Assembly (NCBI GenBank): GCA_002269645.1
Contig: NIVC01001946.1
Location: forward strand, 62,001 to 126,000
Length of the DNA: 64,000 bases
Reading direction: 5' to 3'
Source of the DNA: Macrostomum lignano
Taxonomy: Eukaryota
Part shown: positions 11,975 to 22,439 of the stretch, piece by piece
Layout: each line of letters begins with the position of its first letter
Position numbering within the stretch: the first letter of the stretch is position 1
Made by a program: the position numbers and the translations under genes
The notes under the pieces: model-generated
Database searches by the model: none
Seen by the model: the letters and a program-made list of their open reading frames with translations, nothing else
What the model was told of the DNA's origin: nothing

Positions 11975-12945
11975 ATAACAACAACAACAGCAAAATACGC
12001 TACTCCGCATGCAAAGTCACAGTTAAAGCAGAGCGCGTCAGATGGCGCGCCGCAGAGCCTGAGAGTGGACGAAGTCCGCCCCGTTGGCAGTGTCGGGCGC
12101 CCCAGCGTCGCACAGCAGGCAGTCCACGTATCGACGGGCTTGAGCCTGAGCCCGCCTGAACGGACACTGCAAGGTGAGCAGCAGGACGTCCTGGACAGGT
12201 TGGGGGCAGTAGCCCTCGGCTCAGATCACGTGGCCCGCCAGTTGAAGTCACCGACGGCGCAGGATGGTGAACGGGCGCTGCAGCTTGGCCCGATCGTACA
12301 GGGCCTCGGTCCCGACGCTCTCGTCAGCTCGAAAGGCCGCACGGAGCAGCCCTGAGTGCGCCGAGTCCAGCTGCGGCTCTAGCGTAACCGTCAGCGTCCA
12401 CATCTCGGCGTTGTAGAGCAGGACGGTTTCGACCACCGCCTGCCACAGCCGAGCCCTCTGGCGGTCGGGCAGCGCTTCGGACTGGACGACGGCCCGGGAA
12501 CGGAAGGCCGCCCAGGCAAGTCCTCTGCGCCGCCGGAGGTCTTCCTCCACGTGAGGCACCAGACCGCCGAGGTAGGTGAACCGCTGGCAGCGTGCGAGCC
12601 TGGTCGTCTGCACGTCTGCGCCGCGGCACGTCAGGTCCGCTAGGATGTCGGCCGGCACAGTCAGCACCTCGGTCTTCAGCGTGTTGACGATCAGACCGAC
12701 GCTCGATGCCAGCTTGACCAGCCTGTCGATCTGGCGCTGGGCGCCTTCAGCGGACGAGGACAGGAGGGCGAGGTCGTCGGCGTAGCCAAGCACGCTTAGG
12801 TGCTTTTGGCCGTGGCGGCGACCGATGCGCCTGAGCAGCAGGAAGCCGTCGTTAGCCAGCGTGTCGCCCTGCAGAAGTCCTGATAGAGTGTCGAACAGTT
12901 CAGACAGGCCGTCCGCCGTCACCACAGCAGCTCGAGTGCACTTTA
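11975..12945 (-). mobile_element. 5'-truncated non-LTR retrotransposon (RTE-like RT C-terminal half) with (TTG)n tail
   Basis: Minus-strand ORF with LLQGDTLA, GYADDLALL, FTYLGG, LLYNAEMWTL. Coding continues in a shifted frame to a stop near 12040, followed by a short 3' UTR and TTG repeats (plus strand ACAACAACAAC ~11977-11990). Confidence 0.9.
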
Positions 12946-14198
12946 TATATCGCAATTTATGTATACTTTTATATTGCATTGTGCATTCGAATTGGACTTT
13001 AAAATGTTGCAGTTAAGTGATTTTAAACAACATACGCAATTTAGCAAAGAAGAACACAATTAAGCGGTCATCTAAGGATTTACATGTGAGATTCAACCAT
13101 GAAAAACTAGCTACTCCACTCGTATATATAGAAAGTAAAAGATTTTTGAGTACCAAACTTCAAATGGCCTAAGCTATTCTAGGGGTTTTTCAGCCTTGGC
13201 TAACTCCTGTTTACCTCCGAGAGCTAGGAGAGAATGTCGTGACTTGAAAAAAACATTCCTTTGAAGTGTCACAGAGTGCTGTTAAACCACAAAAAGCTAC
13301 TTAGAATGGCTACAGAGATTTATATTCTAATGCCGCGTTTGTTGCCCGATTTTCTAAAGCTCTCCAGCGTGCCATGCTGCTACAGTTATAGCAAAATTCC
13401 TCAATGGAAAGTAAATGCATTGTGTCGGAAAATACTAATTGAAGCATGTGGATTGAATTGCTACTTATAGTAGTAAATATGCTTGTAGGGGCTTTTATTC
13501 TACCTGATTTCAACACCAATCAGAGGGTCAATTTCAAAGGACCGAAATTTCATAAGACCGCATTTCAAATCGTAGAAAACTTAATATAACAAGGACCATG
13601 TAGAATTTTCGGCATTGTGAAACTTCTGTCTTATGAACCCCCCCCCCAATCAGTATTCTGATGTCTGTTAAAAAGTGTCAAGTTTGCTCGATCATTAGTT
13701 TCCACCATATCGATTATATAGTTTCCTTCATCCATGGATTGCTCCATTATAGAGATCTGACCATCAGTGCAGAAGATGGTTCACAATTCAGAGATAAAAG
13801 TGTACAGACTATTGCAATTAAAAAAATATTCTCGAAATTTCTAGTCTACAGAACGGTCTGTGGAACGAACTGTATTTGGAAGTAAATTGCACGCAAAAAA
13901 GTTTACTTTTCGTTTGCTTTGGTTAATTAGCCAATTTTGTACACTAGTTAAGCAGCTTCTGTACGAGTACATACATGTTACGTAGGAGAAATACTCGTAA
14001 ATCTGAACGCTCTAGGTGATATAAATTTATCGGTGCAGAGAGGAGTGTTCTAGTGGCGACGCAGAAAGCCTAAGTATTGCCATTTGCATAATTTCTTACA
14101 CTAGATAAAGCAAAGATCGAAACTACGCAATTTCATACTGGTATAAGTTGACATCACTACTTAGTATCTACAAAGTATTCACTCTGAGGCGCTGAAGC

Positions 14199-14837
14199 AT
14201 GGACTTCATCGCAACAGCAGCAAAGTTGGCAGCCAAGCCAGCGGCGATTGTGGGTGCAGGACTTGTTGGCGGCCCAGTGGCGTCAGCCGCTGTGTCTGCC
14301 GCTTTCAATTACAAATCTTTACTAGATAACATTGTAGACGAGAATTACACCGGAGCTGCTCTCGACACGGCTCTTCTGGCACTCGACGTTGCTTCAATAG
14401 CGACTCCTCTGACATCTACTACGAGAACTACCTTAACTACCAAGAGCTCAAAGACACTGGTGGGCTCTGCAGCAAAGCAAGGAGCAGCCAAGACAGGAAA
14501 AGAAGTTGCAAAGTCCGGAGTAACTCATGGTCTAACGTGTACTGGAAACGTCACGCGCACTACGGTCAATGCAGGTGTGAAAGGTGCTGCAGCCAAAAAG
14601 TGCGTAGAGATGTTCGGGAAAAACGCAGTTTACGAGGCCTGCACGACTGAAGTAAAAACGAAAGTCGAGAAGAAGCTGGTGGAAGAGGGCGGAAAAGTCC
14701 TGGTTGAAAAAACTATTACTACTACGACGACAAAAGCCACGCCTGAAGCTATTAAAATCGGCAAAGAGGTCTTCGGCTACGCTAAAACAGCTGAATTTGG
14801 TGTGAAAAACAAAGAACTAATTAAGCTCTTGCACTAA
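14199..14837 (+). CDS. Intronless Ala/Thr/Lys/Val/Gly-rich orphan protein, 212 aa
   Basis: ATG-initiated, non-repetitive DNA, GC higher than the flanks, AT-rich 3' region after the stop. No family recognised with certainty. Confidence 0.6.
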   Translation: MDFIATAAKLAAKPAAIVGAGLVGGPVASAAVSAAFNYKSLLDNIVDENYTGAALDTALLALDVASIATPLTSTTRTTLTTKSSKTLVGSAAKQGAAKTGKEVAKSGVTHGLTCTGNVTRTTVNAGVKGAAAKKCVEMFGKNAVYEACTTEVKTKVEKKLVEEGGKVLVEKTITTTTTKATPEAIKIGKEVFGYAKTAEFGVKNKELIKLLH

Positions 14838-15634
14838 AGCTGTCAAGAAAAAATTAATTGATTAATTAATTCTAACTGGTCCGGACGGCGTCGGAAATTT
14901 CGAGAAACAGAAGGTTTACTTTCAAAATTTAAAAAACAAAAAACAGTTTATCACCTTTACGCACTATCCTAGACTTTACAGTATAGTTTTTACCCTTCGA
15001 ATGTTTTTTTTCAAATACCAAGGACTGTCTTGTACTTTTGCTGGTTAGTAACACGCATAATCTACTAGCGTACACTGACTGTAACTTTAAAGCGTACCTG
15101 TCATTTCGATTCTTTTTGTAATTTTACAAAAAATCTCAATACAAAAAATTTTTTGAATTGAGGAAAAATTTTAATTTTTTATTACTACTTGCAGTACTAT
15201 ATAGAGCTCGCCCATTTGCATGCATCTATCTTTTTCTTTACATTTTTATCACTTTCTAGAATATTTTCTTATTTCACTATCAAACTTATGTGGCATGTTG
15301 TGCGAAATTGTTTTATGATAACAGGTCAATTCTCAGTGCAAACGTGCAGTAAAACGATGTAATAGTACTTGTTACAATGCGTAAATACATTACAGAACCG
15401 ATCAAGCCAAATTTATGCATTCAATCAACATTTTAGGCTTCATTTCAGAAGCCATAATAGTTCTTTAGTAATAGCTTTGTATTGCGAATTGCATATGCAG
15501 ATAGCATTTTAGATAGATACAAACCATTTTTTAGTATAATTGACGTTATAGCAAGCATTATCGTTTAGAAATCTAAGTTTAGCGCATCCTTGTTGAATTC
15601 TTATTTTTGAGATTGTAAAGCTCATTTTGACAAC

Positions 15635-16830
15635 CAAGTTTAGCGTCTCTGATGAGAGTCTATAATGGTGTAGTTTGTGAGGCTCAGTTTGACTGTAGGA
15701 CACACCGAGTTTAGCGTCTCTGATGAGAGTCTATAATGGTGTAGTTTGTGAGGCTCAGTTTGACTGTAGGACACACCGAGTTTAGCGTCTCTGGTGAGAG
15801 TCTATAATGGTGTAGTTTGTGAGGCTCAGTTTGACTGTAGGACACACCGAGTTTAGCGTCTCTGATGAGAGTCTATAATGGTGTAGTTTGTGAGGCTCAG
15901 TTTGACTGTAGGACACACCGAGTTTAGCGTCTCTGGTGAGAGTCTATAATGGTGTAGTTTGTGAGGCTCAGTTTGACTGTAGGACATACCGAGTTTAGCG
16001 TCTCTGGTGAGAGTCTATAATGGTGTAGTTTGTGAGGCTCAGTTTGACTGTAGGACACACCGAGTTTAGCGTCTCTGATCAGAGTCTATAATGGTGTAGT
16101 TTGTGAGGCTCAGTTTGACTGTAGGACACACCGAGTTTAGCGTCTCTGATCAGAGTCTATAATGGTGTAGTTTGTGAGGCTCAGTTTGACTGTAGGACAC
16201 ACCGAGTTTAGCGTCTCTGATCAGAGTCTATAATGGTGTAGTTTGTGAGGCTCAGTTTGACTGTAGGACACACCGAGTTTAGCGTCTCTGATCAGAGTCT
16301 ATAATGGTGTAGTTTGTGAGGCTCAGTTTGACTGTAGGACACACCGAGTTTAGCGTCTCTGATCAGAGTCTATAATGGTGTAGTTTGTGAGGCTCAGTTT
16401 GACTGTAGGACACACCGAGTTTAGCGTCTCTGATCAGAGTCTATAATGGTGTAGTTTGTGAGGCTCAGTTTGACTGTAGGACACACCGAGTTTAGCGTCT
16501 CTGATCAGAGTCTATAATGGTGTAGTTTGTGAAGCTCAGTTTGACTGTAGGACACACCGAGTTTAGCGTCTCTGATCAGAGTCTATAATGGTGTAGTTTG
16601 TGAAGCTCAGTTTGACTGTAGGACACACCGAGTTTAGCGTCTCTGATCAGAGTCTATAATGGTGTAGTTTGTGAAGCTCAGTTTGACTGTAGGACACACC
16701 GAGTTTAGCGTCTCTGATCAGAGTCTATAATGGTGTAGTTTGTGAGGCTCAGTTTGACTGTAGGACACACCGAGTTTAGCGTCTCTGGTGAGAGTCTATA
16801 ATGGTGCAGTTTGTGAGGCTCAGTTTGACT
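15635..16830. repeat. 71-bp tandem satellite, ~17 copies
   Basis: TATAATGG recurs at 15661, 15732, etc. (period 71). Units are contiguous with no spacers; many units contain the palindrome CTCTGATCAGAG. Confidence 0.97.
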
Positions 16831-16989
16831 AAAACATCGAAATAAACTCGTAAACTTGTAAATACGAAGTGTGCGCTTCTAAGCTCGTATGCAATATGTT
16901 GAATTAAATTTATTTTGAAACTGAAAAAGAGACGCCAACAGATACGGCTATTTTAAAGTTCATTAACACCAATCTTGGATCCGGGCGCA

Positions 16990-19604
16990 TCACAGAAGTG
17001 GAACTCCTCGCAGCAGCATCTCGCGACACGAATCTAGCAGAGGCAGCGCTTCAGCGGGCACTTCGGCCAGCAGCACAGCTCGACCTCCTGGACCTGCGGA
17101 CGCGATGGCCATCACTGAACCAGTTAAACCCGGGGATGCCTTCGCTGGTCTGAAGGCCGTCAGAGCGCCGATGTGGCCGCCGCGACCAACTCTGCCGATC
17201 TCGCGGCCTCGTTCGTCGACTGCAGCCAGCCAGCCGTCATCGAGGACGAACGTCAACAACCTCAGCGCCATCGACTGTCGATGTCCGAGTGGCCTCGTGC
17301 GCACAGCGTCGGCCAGTTCGCCGAGCTGCTCGGACGGCAGGCCGGCCAGGGCTGGCGACGTGGACAGGGCTTCGACAAGGCGGCTACGACGTCTCTGCAG
17401 CCCCGGCAAGACAATGGTGCGAAACGTGCGCCGGTCCAGAGTCCACAACGAGCCGGGCGTGATGGCTTTCACGCTGACCAGACTCGCTGGACCGTCGACT
17501 ATGGCGATGCTGGATGCTGAGGGCAGCAGGGCGGACTCTCCGAAGCTGCCGGAGTCGCGGTAGCGGTGCACCAGTCGCACGGAGCCGTCGATGGTGGTCA
17601 CCTCGGCGGTCGTCTGGAAGCTGCCGTCTCGAATGAGCAGAAATTGGTCGCCGGCCTCGCCGCGGCCGAGCACAGTCTCGTCTGCGGGTTTTGGACAAGG
17701 GCGAGGACTACTGCTAAATAGAAGACCCTGGATTGGTGTTGCTGAACATCTAACTGTGCAAGGACTTCTAATATAACAAGTGGAATTTCTATGCTACGAA
17801 CTCATCAGAGGTGCTCTTTTAAGACCTGGGGGTAATCTCTCCAGATCTTGGTCTCCTATTCAGGTCAGGTACCCGTGGTTCTCTCAGTTGGTTGGTAGTC
17901 TCTTCAGGTATTGGGGTAATCTCTTTAGTTAGAGGGTAGGAGGGTAATCTCTTCAGGTCGGAGGGTAATCTCTTTAGGTCGGAGGGTAATCTCTTAAGGT
18001 AGTGAGGTAATCTCTTCAGATCGGAGGGTAATCTCTTCAGATCGGAGGGTAATCTCTTCAGGTCAGAGGGTAATCTCTTCAGATCGGAGGGTAATCTCTT
18101 CAGATCGGAGGGTAATCTCTTCAGGTCAGATGGTAATCTCTTCAGGCCGGAGGGTAATCTCTTCAGATCGGAGGGTAATCTCTTCAGATCGGAGGGTAAT
18201 CTCTTCAGATCGGAGGGTAATCTCTTCAGATTGGAGGGTAATCTCTTCAGGTCGGAGGGTAATCTCTTCAGGTTGGAGGGTAATCTCTTCAGATTGGAGG
18301 GTAATCTCTTCAGGTCGGAGGGTAATCTCTTCAGGTCGGAGGGTAATCTCTTCAGGTTGGAGGGTAATCTCTTCAGATTGGAGGGCAATCTCTTCTCCCC
18401 CAAAACAGCCACATTAACGTTCTACATCATCCACAACAAAAATACAGCGATTTTAGTTTAAAACTCGAATTGGAACTGTGAATTTTATTTGTTTTAATTA
18501 GCCCATAAAAGCATATTTGAAGGTTAAATATCAAACCGATGAAAATTTAATTCGAAAAAGTTCAACGTGAAATTTTAACTGTCCAAATTTAAGGTGATCT
18601 GAGGCTACACTGTTGTAAAACTGGGTACAAACCTGAGGCAGTTGATAAAGTCTAGAAATTAAATTTCAAAATCCTGATTTGTCACAATAGTTTCAATAGA
18701 GACTTTTTATATTTCTACATTTGTCTCAGTCTTAAAAAATACGTTTAATAAATCGAAAAAGCAACAAGAACAATAGCCATTGTACTGTTCAGGATATAAG
18801 TAAACTAAAATCTGCATGCATATAGATTAACAAATGTATCAATCGAAACAGTACTCACTAGGCTGTACCAGCCTGACTCGCATTGAGTTAGCCAGCTGGT
18901 TGAGCAATGTGTCATCCAGTTCTTGAAGGCGATGTACACCGCGAAGTGCGGCCAGCAGTTGACGGTGTTCCTTTGGAGACAACTGAGATTTTTTCTGAGT
19001 ATTTCAATGCAGATATAAGGCTCGTAAGCTTGGTGTGTTTATTTCTATAAGCTCGAACAGTGGCTGTACTATCTGGGGCCACCTTGGCTTAACTTGTGGT
19101 AAAATGATTAACTAATCTATGATATTAATCTGTGATAGAGTGACTGTTTATTGATGGATGGACTGACTGTTTATTGATGGATGGAGTGGCTGTTTATTGA
19201 TGGATGGAGTGGCTGTTTATTGATGGATGGAGTGGCTGTTTATTGATGGATGGAGTGGCTGTTTATTGATGGATGGAGTGGCTGTTTATTGATGGATGGA
19301 GTGGCTGTTTATTGATGGATGGAGTGACTGACTGGTTGATAACGGATTAAGTTAATGTTCACACAACCAAAAGAACCTGCTTATCATCAAATATCAATAG
19401 TGTATTGTGAAAAAACCTTGCACAATAACCACTAGTTATTGAGGCTAAATGCATTCTCACCGTCTCATCTTGACCCGAGCCAGGCCGATTTAACAGGCCA
19501 AGAAACTCGACAACGGAATCTCCAACATCCACAACGCTGCGCCGTAGTGTGCAGGCCAGGTGAGTGGCCTGACCTGTCGACGGCAGCTGAAATTGGAAGG
19601 CCAT
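16990..19604 (-). CDS. Degenerate PKA type II regulatory subunit-like protein A; complement join(19461..19604,18859..18982,16990..17681), 319 aa
   Basis: Three exons with GT-AG sites sum to 960 nt with consistent phases (0,1). Exon 1 resembles the RII dimerisation/docking helix pattern (QLP..LRRSVVDV..VVEFLGLL). Exon 2 (LQELDDTLLNQLANSM) and exon 3 (ETVLGRGEAGDQFLLIRDG..SFGESALL..LWTLDRRTFRTIV) match cNMP domain A, followed by a decayed domain B. Confidence 0.8.
17930..18395. repeat. 21-bp intronic minisatellite (GGAGGGTAATCTCTTCAGATC)
   Basis: 21-bp periodicity inside intron 2 of gene A; source of the LKRLPSD ORF. Confidence 0.96.
19140..19335. repeat. 23-bp intronic minisatellite (GTTTATTGATGGATGGAGTGGCT)
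   Basis: ~8 copies, period 23, in intron 1 of gene A. Confidence 0.93.
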
Positions 19605-20464
19605 ATCGGTCTAAGAAGCAAGCAGAAGCCTTGATGTCCTGTCCCAATTTTTATGCCAGTCCAGAGCACAGATGCCATGCCGGATGAGTTTCTGTCCAAT
19701 CAGACAGGGCTTCATGATAAGGCGGGAAATAATTTCGAAATTCTGTTGCTCCAACGAAATAGATACTTTATGATTTCTTGATCTCGTGTTCGCTGTTTAT
19801 CTGGGACAGTTGGATGGATAATAAGAATGTTTAAAAGTGTGTACATGTACAACCATTCAACAATAGCAACCCGCCAGCATCTCACATCCGACATCTTCAG
19901 CGAAAATGACTGACGCTTGTGAACATTTCATCCGTTTCTGACTAGAGATTTCTGTGTTTTTTTTTAACAATGCAAAAAATTATTCAGATTACGACAGATT
20001 CCAATTACTTCTATGCACTTTTATAGATATCAAAATGCTAAAAGATTATCACATACCAAATTTTTTATTCCAAAACGGCGATACCGGGCAGACAGGATTC
20101 ATAAATGGAGTTCATAATCGAAATTGAAGAAAACATTCCGATCCAGTACTACAGAGAAAATGCGTTTTCCACTTGCTCCGGTGCCCCGCTCAGCCCGACG
20201 AGCGCTAAATGCATAAATCGAGTATTTAACTGCTGAATAAGTCAGTTGACAAGGCCCGGGTAATTGACACAAGGCCCCACCAGGGCATTCTAATGAGAGC
20301 TCAAATATTAAAATTATGTCAAATCCTTGTAATCGATATTGTGCTTAAGAATTGTGCTCAACTGCAGACTACTCTCAGTAGCATGCTATTAAAATTAGTT
20401 CAGAGGTTCTAGGCTTTAGTTTTACTCTTTTAGTCTGCCTCTCCACTCTCACAATCAGTCTTTA

Positions 20465-22060
20465 AATCTGCCGGTCGCATCAACTGGACTGCTGTTCCGC
20501 GGCCGTTTGAACTGCGGCACACACCTCCGCGTACTCGGCACCTCCCCGCTTGCCGCCGAGCGCCCCTGTCCTTGAGCCAGTATGGCAAGACGACCCCGCG
20601 ATTCGGCAAGCAAGAGCTGGAGAGACTCCGTTTGAGCAGGCGATTAACCCGCGAGGCAGAGGTGGCTAATTTGGCGGCTGTCTATCTGCAGCTCCAGCAG
20701 GGTGCTGTTGATGACGCCATTCGGGCCGTCTCTGCCGCTGGGCCCGATGCCGGAGGCCGTGTGGCTCGGTCGGCTATCAATGCTCTGACGGGGCGAAAGC
20801 GGCGCATTCCGCTCAACCTGGCAGGCGACTCTGCAGACGAGCGCAGGAACGAGCTGCGTGAGTTCTTCGCCGCCATCGTCAATGCGCCGCCACCGCCGCT
20901 GCCAGACAGTCTGACGCTGCCGCCGGAGATGCCGCTGCCGGCTGAGGAGAGCTTCAGCCTAGCACCAGTCAGCACAGCCGACGTTGTGAGGCTCACCCAA
21001 CAGTCACCAGGCGGGAAAGCGCTGGGTCCGGACGAGGTGCCCATCGAGGCGCTGCGCATCCATTGTGTGGCCAGTGAGGTCGCCAGAGTGATGAATCGCG
21101 TGCTCTTCGGTGAGGCGGCACCCAACGAATGGACCACGTAGCACATCGTCGCAGTTCCTAAGAAGCCAGGCACCACGAGGCTTGAGGAGCATCGAGGTAT
21201 CTGCCTTCAGTCGTGCGCTGCGAATTCGCCTCGGTCGTCAGGTCTGTGCTCCCAAAGGTGCTCCGTGCGTAAAACGTCCCAGAGCAGCGGATTTCCGCCA
21301 TCATGGCGATGTACCGTGATACGAAAGCTGCTGTTTCAACACCGGACGGCCTATCGGACTTCTTTGAGACATCCTCCGGGGTGCTTCAGGGAGATACGCC
21401 TGCGCCGTTCCTGTTCGTTCTGGTGCTTGACTGGGTGCTGCGGACCGCTCTTCCTACCAACGAAGACGGCTTTCTGTTGCGGCGACGCGTGGGTCGACGT
21501 CAACCGGAGAGACGGCTCAGCGAGATTGGCTACGCCGACGATCTCGCGCTGCTGTCCTCAACTGTCGAGCGCGCCCAGCGACAACCGGACAAGCTAGTTG
21601 CTGTTGCGGCGAGTGTCGGCCTGGTGGTCAACACGCAGAAGACTGTCGCGCTCTGCGTGCCGGACGACATCGAGGCTGCGATTTTGTGCCGAGGCGCTGA
21701 TAGACAAGCGACGGAGCTCCCGTGTTTTCAGAAGTTCGTCTACCTCGGCGGTCTGGTTCCCGGCGTCCGCAAAGATTTGCGGCGTCGCCGCGGGCCTGCC
21801 TGGGCTGCCTTTCGTTCTGTGAGGGCAGTTCTGCAGTCCGAGGCCTTACCTGACCGCCAGAGTGCGGCGTTGTTCCAGGCGGTGATCGAGACCGTCCTGT
21901 CGTACAACGCCGAGACCTGGACGCTGATTGTTGAACAAGTTGACGCAGTGCACGCTGGCCTGCTGCGTGCCGCCTTCAAGTTTTGTATCACTGCGCCGGC
22001 CTGGTCTTGGCCGGATTTGGCCGGCGGCGTGGCGTTCACTCGCGACCTGGCCCTGAGGCG
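20465..22060 (+). mobile_element. Decayed non-LTR retrotransposon (RTE-like), internally deleted
   Basis: Pre-RT and RT motifs: KALGPDEVP, IVAVPKK, GVLQGDTPAPFLFVLVLDWVLR, GYADDLALL, FVYLGG. In-frame stop at 21139-21141; RT N-terminal block missing. Clearly homologous to the copy at 12 kb. Confidence 0.9.
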
Positions 22061-22439
22061 CGCCCTGCGACACCCTGTGACATTGAACGCGTATTTTAAT
22101 ATTGTTGAACCCGCCTCTCCGCTCTCCTCCCTAACTCCTGGAATCTGTCTTTTTGTTCCCTATTTTGTTTTCTTTTAAAGCCGCAAGCAAAAATCTTTTC
22201 AAACCATTAAAATCGTGGATGCAAATTGCGCAGAAAATCACCTGCCTAAATGTTGGATTGCTGTATAGAAAATATCTAGAACATCTCCGGTTCGGTTAGT
22301 GCGTCACTTATAAAAATGTTTTTTTTGTCGGAACACCTGCGTACAATTACTTGTGTATAATTGATCCAAAATGCTCGAGGCTATAAATCCCCCTGGTTTT
22401 AAGATAGAAATGAAAATTTTCTAACACAAAGCTTAAGAC

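Noticed and set aside
15635-16830. CRISPR-like appearance of the 71-bp (and 52-bp) arrays
   Set aside because: Units are contiguous with no unique spacers, there are no cas genes, and the context is eukaryotic.
17819-18412. LKRLPSD repeat ORF resembling a leucine-rich repeat
   Set aside because: A 21-bp minisatellite lying within intron 2 of the PKA-RII-like gene A.
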